From Patescibacteria group bacterium (GTDB taxonomy: Bacteria > Patescibacteriota > Patescibacteriia > PEXW01), in the NCBI GenBank assembly GCA_041671325.1, contig JBAZBR010000005.1, positions 14,184-78,183 on the forward strand: a stretch of DNA of 64,000 nucleotides, given 5' to 3'. Below, piece after piece: positions 54,794 to 64,000 of this stretch; the stretch's first letter is position 1; each line of letters opens with the position of its first letter. Under the pieces are notes generated by a model. The model ran no database searches and was not told where the DNA came from. It was given only the letters and a program-made list of their open reading frames with translations. Made by a program: the position numbers and the translations under genes.

Positions 54794-55378
54794 TTATTCC
54801 AGTTTTTCAGCAACTTTACCAACTAAGTCCAAACCAGGCTTCAAGGTTTTATTACCTTCTTCCCAACTGGCTGGGCAAGCCAGGCCTGGATTTTGCCGGA
54901 CATAGTCCAAAGCTTTGAGCTTGCGGAGGATTTCCCCGGCCGAGCGACCAATATTTTCCGCGACAATTTCCACAGCCTGTAAAATCCCTTCCGGGTCAAT
55001 GATGTAAGCCGCCCGATCAGCCTGACCACTGATTTCATTAAAAATACCTAGCTCTCGCGTTAACTTGCCAGTATGGTCAGCAGCTAAAGGATAAGAAATG
55101 TCGGCTAGCAATTTTTCCTCATTCATCCAAGCTTTGTGAGTAAAAACCGTATCCGTGCTAACGGACATGATCTCGGTGTTATATTTTTGGAATTCAGCAT
55201 AATGTTTGCCCATATCCTTCAATTCTGTAGGACAGACAAAAGTGAAATCCGCGGGATAGAAAAAGATGATCAGCCATTTACCTTTGAAGGCATCCAAAGA
55301 GACTGACTTTTCCTTGTCCTCTTTGGGATAATAAGCTGGCAAAGTGAAATCTGGAAACATTTGGTTGATTTTTGGCAT
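54794..55378 (-). CDS. Peroxiredoxin (AhpC/TSA family)
   Basis: FTFVCPTE peroxidatic Cys motif. Confidence 0.85.
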   Translation of the reverse strand: MPKINQMFPDFTLPAYYPKEDKEKSVSLDAFKGKWLIIFFYPADFTFVCPTELKDMGKHYAEFQKYNTEIMSVSTDTVFTHKAWMNEEKLLADISYPLAADHTGKLTRELGIFNEISGQADRAAYIIDPEGILQAVEIVAENIGRSAGEILRKLKALDYVRQNPGLACPASWEEGNKTLKPGLDLVGKVAEKLE

Positions 55379-55480
55379 AAAATTGATGGGTTAGTTTTGA
55401 ATTGGTTCTATTGATGAATACCATTTATTAATAGAGATTATTTCAGAGGGCATCAAATTTTCTTTTGGAAAATTTGGGGA

Positions 55481-55768
55481 AAGCGAGGCTTCGTGCGAAG
55501 GACGTAGCGAAGTTGCGCATGCGACTACGCGAAGCTCTGAGCGCGAAACGAGCTGGCGGAAGGGGCGACCCGCCTACGTTTAACTTCTGCGGGCAGGGAT
55601 TCGTCCATAAATTTGTTAATTATTTCATACCTCACGAATGAGGAGCGGACGAACGGAGTGAGGAGCACGCATTCGTGAGGAAATGCGAGGCTTCGTGCGA
55701 AGGGCGTAGCGGAGTTGCGGATGCGACTACGCGAAGCTCTGAGCGCGAAACGAGCTGGCGGAAGGGGA
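55481..55768. repeat. Tandem 85-bp direct repeat (2 copies, 4 mismatches, 118-bp spacer); each copy ends with the 12-nt 3' terminus of tRNA-Ser
   Basis: Copy a is 55481-55565 and copy b is 55684-55768, both read directly. Each ends ...GAGCTGGCGGAAGGGG, which is the reverse complement of the tRNA-Ser 3' end CCCCTTCCGCCA. Copy b is contiguous with the genuine tRNA. Confidence 0.75.
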
Positions 55769-55845
55769 GAGATTCGAACTCTCGAAAGGCTTTCACCTTT
55801 ACTTGCTTTCCAAGCAAGCGCACTCGACCACTATGCGACCCTTCC
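55756..55845 (-). tRNA. tRNA-Ser (anticodon GGA), class II with long variable arm
   Basis: GGAAGGG acceptor, anticodon stem-loop CTTGC-TTGGAAA-GCAAG, variable arm TAAAGGTGAAAGCCTTT, T-loop GTTCGAATC, CCA encoded. Confidence 0.85.
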
Positions 55846-55952
55846 TAATTTAAAACGGAAACTAAAAATACCATAACCTGTTTGGTTTAAAAAGGAAAGG
55901 GCTTTGTAGTTTAATCCTTACTATCAATAGATTTACTATTGTTTGCTAGTTT

Positions 55953-56549
55953 TTACTGTCTAATTCTTTTTAATTCTATCAATCTTCCCTGCCCTGTCGG
56001 ATGAAGCTTCATTGCTCTAATTAACTTATCAAGTTTAAATTCTCTCCACTTAGCTTGATTGGGAAGCGGATCTATTAACCTGATCGTATTTTTTATTGGA
56101 TATATTCTATCTATTACGCAGGCATGGCCATTATTGTTTTTGGTGCCATTTAAAACGTCACTATTAAGAAGAACTAAAAGATTTGCATCCTTCTTAATCC
56201 TACTAGAAATAAAAGTAATCAATTCCTTTTTAGTTTTAAAATTTACAATTGGATAATTTGTAGCTTTTAAAGGGATCCTTAATTTTTTAAAAACCGCATT
56301 CGCATCATATTGCTTTTTATTCATTTGAGTTCCGTAGCCAGCCCCGGGTCTTTTACCTGTTCTTACGTTCCAAAATAAATTCTTGTCTTTTTTATTCAAA
56401 ATCAGCCCCAAGTGGTAACCCAATAACTCTATAGGAATTAGGGGTATACCCAATTTATACATAACAATACTTATACTTGTTGGTACGCAACAAGAGTACT
56501 GCTGAGTAAATGGAATATATCTGGTGTCCTTAGGTATGATACTTTTCAC
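55953..56549 (-). CDS. Hypothetical protein, possible papain-like (C39-like) cysteine peptidase fold
   Basis: QQYSCCVPTSISIVMYKLGIP (Gln...Cys) followed by NGHACVIDRIY (His) is reminiscent of a C39-type catalytic arrangement. AT-rich gene. Confidence 0.3.
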   Translation of the reverse strand: MKSIIPKDTRYIPFTQQYSCCVPTSISIVMYKLGIPLIPIELLGYHLGLILNKKDKNLFWNVRTGKRPGAGYGTQMNKKQYDANAVFKKLRIPLKATNYPIVNFKTKKELITFISSRIKKDANLLVLLNSDVLNGTKNNNGHACVIDRIYPIKNTIRLIDPLPNQAKWREFKLDKLIRAMKLHPTGQGRLIELKRIRQ

Positions 56550-56658
56550 AACTCTATTTTAGCAGTATTTAAGACTACAAAGAAACATAATATATCAAAC
56601 CCGTGCAACTTAATTTTCTTATAAAAAACAAACCCCGTCCAGAATTAACTGCACGGGG

Positions 56659-56916
56659 TCATAAAAGAAAACCCGAAACTTGGATGTCTTTGAGCACTTC
56701 TTGTCCTAAGCGCTCCATGAATTCTTCGGGCGTAGAATTTACCATCAAACCAGACAAAACCCCGATCTTCCTGGCGAATTCCACTCGGGTAACATGGTCG
56801 CATCTAAGACTGCAATCAAAAAGCGCGTCCAGGACCGCTTTAGAAACCTCATCCGGATTCCCCCAAGCGGCTTTGACCTTCTCGGCAATCTGGCCGATTT
56901 GCTTATCATCCAGCAT
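56659..56916 (-). CDS. Small acidic hypothetical protein (~86 aa)
   Basis: Start moved to MLDDKQ because the upstream part of the track ORF is encoded by the repeated leader. Weak similarity to its neighbour (F.R.IG...G). Confidence 0.35.
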   Translation of the reverse strand: MLDDKQIGQIAEKVKAAWGNPDEVSKAVLDALFDCSLRCDHVTRVEFARKIGVLSGLMVNSTPEEFMERLGQEVLKDIQVSGFLL

Positions 56917-56972
56917 CAAGACCTTCTTTGTTTGGTTTTGGGATATATTAAGGACAATTTGATTTCGCCTAA

Positions 56973-57355
56973 CCTTAACAAATGCCTTAGACCTCGTCAA
57001 GAAAAAAACCGCCCTTATTCAGAGCGGCTATCTTCACGGAGCTGGGCAATGGTACGAATCCCCTTTGCGGAGAGTACGCCTTGGATAAACCCGAGCCAGC
57101 GAAAGGCTTTTTCCAGCTTACCCTGCGTTACTTGTTCACGCATCCGGTCAAGCATCCAATTAAGGTGTACGAGGAATTCCTCGTCGGTTTGTGGATGCAC
57201 TTCATAACTCGCAAGCTCTTTCGTTGGATAATCCGAGAGGAGGGTTTTGTACAGCTCAATGATTTTAAGGAGCTTATCCTTTGTCACAATTTTCTCCTTT
57301 TTTGATTTTGACTTACCTTAACAAAACCTCTTAGCCTAGTCAAGAAAAAACCGCC
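56973..57355. repeat. ~40-bp imperfect direct repeats (56973-57013 and 57316-57355) bracketing gene 57015..57287
   Basis: CCTTAACAAA..CTTAGMCYMGTCAAGAAAAAA(A)CCGCC occurs twice. Each copy runs into a hairpin plus T-tract. Confidence 0.6.
57015..57287 (-). CDS. Small acidic helical hypothetical protein (90 aa)
   Basis: A defined ORF with a terminator overlapping its stop. Bracketed by the direct repeats. Confidence 0.4.
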   Translation of the reverse strand: MTKDKLLKIIELYKTLLSDYPTKELASYEVHPQTDEEFLVHLNWMLDRMREQVTQGKLEKAFRWLGFIQGVLSAKGIRTIAQLREDSRSE

Positions 57356-57500
57356 TACCGAGGTAGACGATTTTTGTATTTGGAATTATTTTTTGGCATT
57401 TCTCGTTTAAAGATAGCATCAAACCTCCCTTGACTTTTATTAAGGATTAATTTAGGTTCAAGTCAGATCTTTTTAAACCAAAAACAGAAAGGAGCTTTAC

Positions 57501-58124
57501 GTGTATCAGGCACTGTTTTTTGAAATTAAAAACGATGTTGAGGTCATGGCCAAGCTTGTTGAAGCTGTGCCTGACAATTGGTCATGGGTTGACGGCTGCC
57601 TCTATGCTCCCCAACACCTTATTGATTCGGGTATGGTCCAGCAGGATACTGGCTTCACCTTAGCGCGTTTCCACAGCATTAACCCGACGATTGTCGGCGC
57701 CTATGAGGAACATAACGGCAAGAGAAAAAAGCCCAATCTCTTTGCCATGATGGTGGAGCAAAAGTTGCCTGGTTTTATCTCCTACGATGAAGCTGGGTTT
57801 GAAGACAATCCCATCACTCTCAAACTCACCAAGACCATTACGATTGGGTTCTTACGCAAAGGTTACCGTGGCGACCTTTGCTTCTACTGCGGCTACTACG
57901 ATAACAGCAAGTATGACAACCCAGCGCGCTGCAGTCTAATTTTTGAACCCTGGAACGGGCCTCCGATTATGGGCAAAGAAGCCGGACCGCAACCAGCGCG
58001 TATACAGTTGGAATGGAACAGCCGCTACCCCGGAACAGAAGAAAACATCGTCCCGATCGCAGCTGTATGCCGATCTCTCAATCTCAAAGAGTATACGCCT
58101 GTCGCTGCTGCACCCGTGCGATGA
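57501..58124 (+). CDS. Hypothetical protein (207 aa)
   Basis: Local GC looks higher than the surrounding genes. AAGGAG RBS. No motif recognised (CFYCGYY, four Cys). Confidence 0.5.
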   Translation: MYQALFFEIKNDVEVMAKLVEAVPDNWSWVDGCLYAPQHLIDSGMVQQDTGFTLARFHSINPTIVGAYEEHNGKRKKPNLFAMMVEQKLPGFISYDEAGFEDNPITLKLTKTITIGFLRKGYRGDLCFYCGYYDNSKYDNPARCSLIFEPWNGPPIMGKEAGPQPARIQLEWNSRYPGTEENIVPIAAVCRSLNLKEYTPVAAAPVR

Positions 58125-58254
58125 AATTACTGCTGCAATCTGTCCTTTATATACATTGCAAAACCGTCAAGCTTTTGGCCTGGCGGTTCTTTTTAACTTT
58201 GGAAATTTACTTCCGTTTTGCTTTCTTCTCCGCCTGACCAGCTCATTTCGCCCG

Positions 58255-58390
58255 TCGAGTTCCGTGGGTGCCGCATTTGCGTCTCCCACTCCACCCTTTG
58301 GGCGAAGCCTCGCTTTCCCCACGAACGCGTGCTCGTCCCGCAGGCGCGGGACTGTGCGCCACGTTCGCGGGGTCCCCAGAAATCTTGATT
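58255..58390. repeat. GC-rich structured repeat (R3) between the hypothetical gene and ppsA
   Basis: CGAAGCCTCGCTTTCCCCA (58303-58321) and GGTCCCCAGAAAT (58371-58383). Bracketed by GCTTTC..CGCCTGACCA direct repeats (58218-58252 and 58391-58425); the second lies inside the ppsA 3' end. Confidence 0.55.
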
Positions 58391-60869
58391 ATCGCCTTGC
58401 TTTCCGTTCTGCCTGACCAATAGCAATAGTCGTCTTGATGACCGTATCTGGATTTAAGGAAATGCTATCAATCCCCTCCTGGGCTAAGAACTGGGCAAAG
58501 TCTGGAAAGTCTGACGGGGCTTGGCCGCAAATGCCAATCTTCCTTTTGTATTGCTTGGCTCCTCGGATGACATTTCGAATAAAGGTTTTAACTGCTGCGT
58601 TCCTTTCGTCATAGACATGCGCTACCAAGGCTGAATCCCTATCCACGCCCAAGATCAATTGGGTCAAGTCATTAGAACCAATGGAAAAACCGTCAAAGAC
58701 TTTGGAAAATTCCTTGACCAAAATCACATTGGCCGGAATTTCACACATCACGTAAACTTCCAAGCCGTCCTTGTGCTGGACTAAGCCATACTTTTTCATG
58801 GTGGCCACAACCAACTGGCCTTCTTTAACTGTCCGGCAGAACGGTACCATGACTTTCAAATTTTTCAAACCCATAACATCCCGCACTTTCCGCAAAGCCA
58901 AACATTCCAACTTAAAAGCTGGCTCGTATTTTGGGTCATAATACCGGGAAGCGCCGCGCCAACCAATCATAGGATTATCTTCAATTGGTTCGAACTCTTT
59001 ACCGCCAATTAAATTCGCATATTCATTGGTCTTGAAATCTGACAAGCGGACAATGACATCTTTGGGATAAAACGCCGCCACAATCCTGGCCACACCTTCA
59101 GCCAAGCGATCCACGAAAAATTGCGCTTTGTTGCTGTATTGGGAAGTAACGGCCTGAATTTGGGCTTTGACTTTAGGATCTTTGAGCTTGTTGAAATTCA
59201 ACAAAGCCATGGGGTGGATTTTTATATAGTCGTTGATGACAAATTCTTCCCGAGCCAAACCCACACCGTCATTCGGAATGAAAGAATCGGTAAAAGCTGA
59301 TTCAGGGTTACCGACATTCATCATGACTTTGGTCTTGGGCCGCTTCAGGGATTTTAAGTTGGTTTTTTTGACAGCAAACGGCAACTTGCCAGCATAGACA
59401 AAACCTTTATCACCTTCAGCGCAAGACACGGTAACTAGCCCAGCTTTTTTCAAATCCTCAGTGCCAGTACCTGTACCGACGATGCAAGGTACGCCTAATT
59501 CCCGGGAAATGATGGCCGCATGGCAAGTCCGGCCGCCGGCATTAGTCACAATAGCCGAAGCTTTTTTCATGATCGGTTCCCAATCCGGGTCAGTCATTTC
59601 CGTAACTAATATTTCCCCGGCTTTAAATTTACCAATATCTTTCACGTCTTCAATCACGTGAACTAATCCAGTGCCAATCTTCGAACCGATCGAACCACCT
59701 TGGGTTAAAACCTTACCTCGTTTTTGTAAAACATAAGCTTCTAAAATGTTCGGATTGCGTTGGCTGGTCACAGTCTCGGGCCGAGCTTGGACAATGAAAA
59801 GTTGGTTGGTTTCCCCGTCCTTGGCCCATTCCATATCCATTGGTTTGAAGTGTCCGGCTTTTTTGGAATAATGCTCTTCAATAATGACTGCCCATTTCGC
59901 AAGTTTTAAAATTTCTTCATCCTTAATGGCGAATTTCTGCCGGTCAGGCAAAGAAACACGAATATTTTTGACTGGTTTGGTAGTGCCATAGGAATAAACC
60001 ATCTTAATTTCCTTGCTGCCGACTTGCTTGCCGATGATAGGTTTATAGCCTTGGGCTAGGGTTGGTTTATGCACATAATATTCATCCGGGGTAACCGCGC
60101 CTTGGACAATATTTTCACCCAAACCATAGGAAGCGTTAATCATGACTGCATCCTTAAAACCAGATTCCGTATCAATGGAAAACATCACGCCCGAAGCGGC
60201 TAAATCCGACCTGACCATTTTTTGTACAGCGATGGACAAAGAAACTTTAAAATGATCGAACTTTTTGGCCGCCCGATAAGAAATCGCACGGTTGGTGAAG
60301 AGCGAAGCAAAACATGATTTGCAAGATTCAATCAAAGCGTGGCTGCCGGAAACATTCAAATAGGTTTCTTGCTGGCCAGCAAAAGAAGCATCTGGCAAAT
60401 CTTCTGCCGTGGCGCTGGAACGGACTGCGGTGTCAACATTCCTGATTTGGTAATTTTTGGAAAGTTTTTGATAGGCTTCCAAAATTTCTTTTTTCAATTC
60501 TGGAGGGAATTCCGCATGCAGAATAGTTTCCCTGACCCGGCGGCCGCGCTCATATAAGTTCGTCAGATTGTTGACGTTCAGATCTTTTAAAATATCCTTG
60601 ATTTCATTTTTAATTCCCGAATATTTTAAAAGATATTGGTAGGTATAGGCGGTTATGGCAAAACCATTAGGGATCTTGACGCCCTTTTTGGTAAGCTCCC
60701 GATACATTTCTCCCAAAGAAGCGGTTTTACCGCCGACTAAAGGCACGTCTTTGATAGTGATTTCATCAAACCACAAAATAAAGCGCTTACGCTTTTCGGC
60801 CTGGCTGGGCATGGGTTTTGGCATATGGTGTTTGTTTAATTTAGAATTATTGTAAATTAACTCTAACAC
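58389..60869 (-). CDS. ppsA: Phosphoenolpyruvate synthase (PEP-utilizing enzyme family)
   Basis: N-terminal ATP-grasp PEP/pyruvate-binding region (VPLVGGKTASLGEM), the mobile His domain (GGRTCHAAIISRELGVPCIVG), and a C-terminal TIM barrel. Confidence 0.8.
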   Translation of the reverse strand: MLELIYNNSKLNKHHMPKPMPSQAEKRKRFILWFDEITIKDVPLVGGKTASLGEMYRELTKKGVKIPNGFAITAYTYQYLLKYSGIKNEIKDILKDLNVNNLTNLYERGRRVRETILHAEFPPELKKEILEAYQKLSKNYQIRNVDTAVRSSATAEDLPDASFAGQQETYLNVSGSHALIESCKSCFASLFTNRAISYRAAKKFDHFKVSLSIAVQKMVRSDLAASGVMFSIDTESGFKDAVMINASYGLGENIVQGAVTPDEYYVHKPTLAQGYKPIIGKQVGSKEIKMVYSYGTTKPVKNIRVSLPDRQKFAIKDEEILKLAKWAVIIEEHYSKKAGHFKPMDMEWAKDGETNQLFIVQARPETVTSQRNPNILEAYVLQKRGKVLTQGGSIGSKIGTGLVHVIEDVKDIGKFKAGEILVTEMTDPDWEPIMKKASAIVTNAGGRTCHAAIISRELGVPCIVGTGTGTEDLKKAGLVTVSCAEGDKGFVYAGKLPFAVKKTNLKSLKRPKTKVMMNVGNPESAFTDSFIPNDGVGLAREEFVINDYIKIHPMALLNFNKLKDPKVKAQIQAVTSQYSNKAQFFVDRLAEGVARIVAAFYPKDVIVRLSDFKTNEYANLIGGKEFEPIEDNPMIGWRGASRYYDPKYEPAFKLECLALRKVRDVMGLKNLKVMVPFCRTVKEGQLVVATMKKYGLVQHKDGLEVYVMCEIPANVILVKEFSKVFDGFSIGSNDLTQLILGVDRDSALVAHVYDERNAAVKTFIRNVIRGAKQYKRKIGICGQAPSDFPDFAQFLAQEGIDSISLNPDTVIKTTIAIGQAERKARR

Positions 60870-60913
60870 AAAAAATGATTTTTGTCCAGAAAATCAATAA
60901 GACAACTTTCGTG

Positions 60914-61258
60914 CTATATCTTATATTTCCCCAACCAATCCCCAATCAACGGGAGTTTATAGGGATTGCCGACAAAAGCTTGGTACAAACCATACAACTC
61001 GAACAATAAGATGATAAATCCCAAAGGCGGGATAAACCACAAGATTGAAAGCACGAAAAGTGCCGTACCGTTCTTGGCGTGGTTTAAAATGAAGGGGTCA
61101 TCTCTTTTCCAAAACAGGATGACGATGCAGATGAACCAAACATAGCCCAAGGCGGCTAAGAGGTTGCGGGTATTGTTAAAACCGGTATTTTTGGTTTTTT
61201 CGGTTATAGGGTCTTTCATAATGTTTAAATTATATACCCTGGTAATTTGACAAGTCAA
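60914..61258 (-). CDS. DUF4870-like small membrane protein
   Basis: LLAALGYVWFICIVILFWKRDDPFILNHAKNG follows the pattern recalled for this family (AALxYxxxxxIIxxxxxxDxFxxFHAKQ). Confidence 0.5.
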   Translation of the reverse strand: MTCQITRVYNLNIMKDPITEKTKNTGFNNTRNLLAALGYVWFICIVILFWKRDDPFILNHAKNGTALFVLSILWFIPPLGFIILLFELYGLYQAFVGNPYKLPLIGDWLGKYKI

Positions 61259-61316
61259 AATCTGGTGCTAAAGTTGAAGTGTTGAAAATATTTTGCACCC
61301 AGACGAGGTTACAACA

Positions 61317-61451
61317 TGGAGGTTAATATGCAGACCTTGACTAGCGACCCTCATCCCATACGCCATAAACTGGGAGGCCATGTTCTTTACTCAATAATAA
61401 TGCTGGCAATCTTCTTGATTATTGTCTATCTGTATAATTTGGGCAAATAGC
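61317..61451 (+). CDS. Small membrane protein micro-ORF (44 aa)
   Basis: Hand translation MEVNMQTLTSDPHPIRHKLGGHVLYSIIMLAIFLIIVYLYNLGK. Followed by a hairpin AACCCG..CGGGTT plus T5 at 61472-61500. Confidence 0.3.
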
Positions 61452-61471
61452 CAGCAAGACCAATCTTTAAA

Positions 61472-62428
61472 AACCCGCCAGCTATCTGACGGGTTTTTCT
61501 TATAATCAGTTAGATTGACTCGCCTAACTTACATACCGTAGTGATACAAGAATTCTTCTCTCACAATGACACCTAACTTTACATCGGATGGCTGCAAATT
61601 TTTTGAATATGGTTTATCTTCACGTACGTGTTCAGCCCAGTCAATCACATGCTTGGCCTGATTACTCTCAATATCAACGTCTGGAATTGTAGTAAAGCCA
61701 AGTCGCTTGGCAATACCGCGGGACATCATCCAGGAAACTGCGATGACTGCTTTAATTTCCGGATGTTCGGCGATATATTCAGCCATTTTCCGCAACGATT
61801 GCTCAACGTCCCGGACGCCAGTTGGCTTAATATCATCCTCATCTCCTGGCCAGCTTATCTCCAAAACCTTGTCACCGCTTACCAGCTTTGCACCGTTAGA
61901 AAGATTAACTTCGTGCCACTCAAAATCATGGATACTGCCCTTGAGGTGGCCAAAAGAAATATGATCTTTATTTTGCGCGGCCTGATCCTGACGTTCCGCC
62001 ATTATGCGATTACGCACTTCGGGATCAAAATACTCAGCCTGGACGACGTCAGCAATGGCCGCTACTGCTTCTTCGATAAACACATCGCGTGTTGAGCCGC
62101 GCAAGGCTTGGAACCTGGTAATAACTTTATTTATTGCTTCGTCGCCATAAAGCATCCGGCCGCGCTCCAGGTCATCGTTCAAAATCTCAGCGACTGGATC
62201 GCCGCCTTTTTCAATTGTTGAATCATAGAGTTTCGCCACATTAACACGCACCTGTTCCACGCGCGACTCAAACTTCCGCTGAAGTTCAGCCTGCTCGTCA
62301 TCACCACGCTGGGCAGTTGGGTCATTTGGATATTCCTCTGGCATATAACTCTATTGTACTATGGTGTTAATAAAATTGAAATTTAATATGACAATAACCC
62401 ACCAACTATCTGACGGGTTTTCTTATTT
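61472..62428. repeat. ~32-bp imperfect direct repeats (61472-61504 and 62396-62428) bracketing gene 61529..62344
   Basis: AACCCGCCAGCTATCTGACGGGTTTTTCTTATA against AACCCACCAACTATCTGACGGGTTTTCTTATTT. The first copy is a good plus-strand terminator; the second is a degenerate copy. Confidence 0.55.
61529..62344 (-). CDS. Hypothetical protein (271 aa)
   Basis: Acidic protein. Local GC looks higher than the neighbouring genes. No motif recognised. Confidence 0.45.
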   Translation of the reverse strand: MPEEYPNDPTAQRGDDEQAELQRKFESRVEQVRVNVAKLYDSTIEKGGDPVAEILNDDLERGRMLYGDEAINKVITRFQALRGSTRDVFIEEAVAAIADVVQAEYFDPEVRNRIMAERQDQAAQNKDHISFGHLKGSIHDFEWHEVNLSNGAKLVSGDKVLEISWPGDEDDIKPTGVRDVEQSLRKMAEYIAEHPEIKAVIAVSWMMSRGIAKRLGFTTIPDVDIESNQAKHVIDWAEHVREDKPYSKNLQPSDVKLGVIVREEFLYHYGM

Positions 62429-62788
62429 CAGGGATTTTATCTTTTGTAAAATTTCTTCCAAGACTCCTGGCAAGTTTGAATAAATATCGGAATTTAAAAA
62501 TCGAATTTCGTGAAGTCCTAATCCTTCAAAATATTTCTTCCGTGCCACGTCATATTGTTTTGCAATTTCAGTAAAATGAGATTCGCCATCAATTTCAATG
62601 ACTAATTTACGCTTAGGACAGTAAAAATCTACAACATACTTACCAATACTCACTTGGCGACGAAAGCGTATCCCTTCAATATTCTTACGACGCAGTTTTT
62701 GCCAAAGGATAATTTCGGCTTTAGGGGAATTGTTTCGAAGTGTTCGGCGCTTAGCTTTTTCTTTTACTTGATTAAAGAGTTCGGTCAT
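62423..62788 (-). CDS. DUF559 / Vsr-like endonuclease-domain protein
   Basis: GIRFRRQ...VDF.....KLVIEIDG..H.......D..R...L...G..EIRFLN, the pattern of the PD-(D/E)xK-type DUF559 family. Confidence 0.7.
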   Translation of the reverse strand: MTELFNQVKEKAKRRTLRNNSPKAEIILWQKLRRKNIEGIRFRRQVSIGKYVVDFYCPKRKLVIEIDGESHFTEIAKQYDVARKKYFEGLGLHEIRFLNSDIYSNLPGVLEEILQKIKSLK

Positions 62789-62914
62789 GCTCGTATTATA
62801 CCCCTCCCTAACCCTCCCCTTCGAAAAGGGAGGGAATGAAATACGTTTTCTACTAAAACCCCCTCCTTACGAAGGAGGGGGAAGGGGGAGGTCAATTATT
62901 TACTAATCGCCGGA

Positions 62915-64000
62915 TTAATAACCCATATCCATGCCGCCCATGCCTGGCATACCACCGGGCATGCCGCCTGGCATCCCTGCAGCATCTTTCTTTTCTGGCA
63001 AGTCAGTAATAACAACAGATGAACTCAAAAGCATTGATGCAACTGAAGTTGCATTTTCAAGTGCTAATTTTGTAACTTTTAATGGATCAATAATACCTTC
63101 GACTATCATATCTTTTACAATTCTATCTTTTTTGGCATCATACCCCGCATTAATATTTTTAATATCATCTGGATTTTTTACTTCAACAAACGAAATCCCC
63201 TTCGATTCTTGATCCAACATCTTTAAAACAACATTGATTAAGGCTTGGGGGCCATGTTTACCAGCATTTGCTGCAATTTTTATCAATGGGGCTTCTAATG
63301 CGGAACCAACAATCTGATAACCAAGCAGTTTATCTGAAATTGGACCTTCAAATTTAACTCCTAAATTACCAGTTAATACTTTTAATTTTGCTGCAAGTAA
63401 AGCGGTTCCCCCGCCAGCTACTATCCCCTCCTCAATAGCTGCTTTTGTTGCTGCAACCGCATCTTCAATCCTTTGTTTCTTTTCTTTCATTTCAACCTCT
63501 GTTGCCGCGCCAACCTTTAAAACCGCAACACCTCCACTAAGCCTAGCGAGTCTTTCTTTCAATTTTTCCTTATCAAATTCAGACGTAGAATCCTTGATCT
63601 CGTTTTTGATTTGTGAAATACGATCTTTAATTTCAGCTTCTTTCCCTTTGCCTTCAACTATTGTGGTATTTTCTTTGGATGCAATAACCTTGCGTGCATG
63701 CCCTAGCATATCAAGATCAGCGGAATCAAGTTTTAAACCTACTTCTTCTGACACTACCTTGCCTCCAGTAATAATCGCAATGTCTTGTAACATTTCTTTT
63801 CTGCGGTCACCAAATCCAGGTGCTTTAACAGCCAAAACATTGAAAGTGCCTCTTAATTTATTAACCACAAAGGTTGCCAAAGCCTCACCTTCCACTTCAT
63901 CCGCAATAATAACCATATCTTTCTTGCCAGTTTGAGCAAGTTTTTCTAATAATGGCAAAATATCACTGATTGCTGAAATCTTTTTATCTGTGATAAGAAT
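62915..64000 (-). CDS. groL: Chaperonin GroEL, N-terminus beyond the window end
   Basis: The C-terminal 347 aa include the GGM repeat tail ([19 protein letters not shown]). The reading frame stays open past 63958 to the window edge ([29 protein letters not shown]...). Confidence 0.9.
   Translation of the reverse strand: MLITDKKISAISDILPLLEKLAQTGKKDMVIIADEVEGEALATFVVNKLRGTFNVLAVKAPGFGDRRKEMLQDIAIITGGKVVSEEVGLKLDSADLDMLGHARKVIASKENTTIVEGKGKEAEIKDRISQIKNEIKDSTSEFDKEKLKERLARLSGGVAVLKVGAATEVEMKEKKQRIEDAVAATKAAIEEGIVAGGGTALLAAKLKVLTGNLGVKFEGPISDKLLGYQIVGSALEAPLIKIAANAGKHGPQALINVVLKMLDQESKGISFVEVKNPDDIKNINAGYDAKKDRIVKDMIVEGIIDPLKVTKLALENATSVASMLLSSSVVITDLPEKKDAAGMPGGMPGGMPGMGGMDMGY

Noticed and set aside
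55441-57500. Integrated prophage or ICE at tRNA-Ser.
   Set aside because: The duplicated tRNA 3' ends are only ~200 bp apart and no integrase, recombinase or phage gene is present within the window. Interpreted as a scar or tandem duplication rather than a resident element.
62789-62914. Three CCCTCCC/GGGAGGG-type GC hairpins between the DUF559 gene and groEL.
   Set aside because: Most simply explained as the groEL intrinsic terminator plus a second stem near the DUF559 promoter. Too short to call a repeat family.
1-64000. CRISPR arrays, rRNA genes, transposase or integrase genes.
   Set aside because: No regularly spaced short direct repeats, no rRNA-like conserved stretches and no recombinase motifs were found on reading both strands.

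Overview
Most of this 64-kb window is housekeeping genes of a small-genome bacterium, with the minus strand dominant. The gene content has a Patescibacteria/CPR-like flavour: archaeal-type ProRS, archaeal-type AMP phosphorylase next to rpiB/rpe/fba/PfkB kinases, three DsbA paralogs around lgt, and a SUF Fe-S operon. Recognisable blocks are parA-parB plus a sigma factor; proS; a three-gene operon of B12-binding radical SAM, B3/4-domain protein and methyltransferase, preceded by two divergently transcribed small proteins; a tRNA cluster (Leu, Met, fMet) with a PAP2 phosphatase and a GIY-YIG nuclease; a csoR-copA copper operon with cupredoxin proteins; the suf genes; metK behind a SAM-I riboswitch; purB; ABC and MgtA transporters; dnaG-rpoD; ppsA; and groEL, cut by the window edge. 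The features that merit follow-up are mostly non-coding. (1) A tRNA-Asn gene is split by a 264-nt group I intron, with a free-standing HNH endonuclease gene just upstream. (2) The GIY-YIG gene is bracketed by a duplicated copy of the tRNA-fMet 5' end. (3) A family of GC-rich repeats lies 3' of the minus-strand tRNAs and near ppsA; several carry degenerate copies of the tRNA 3' terminus, and one is an 85-bp tandem duplication at tRNA-Ser. (4) Two copies of a ~115-bp element with ~23-bp terminal inverted repeats sit in intergenic leaders. (5) Imperfect direct repeats flank single genes at two loci. (6) A stand-alone class IIb aaRS catalytic-core paralog with no anticodon-binding domain is present. 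(7) A 25-codon Cys/His-rich micro-ORF lies in the copper/cupredoxin neighbourhood. No CRISPR array, rRNA gene or integrase was seen. All functional calls rest on motif recognition in the supplied translations and have not been confirmed by a database search.
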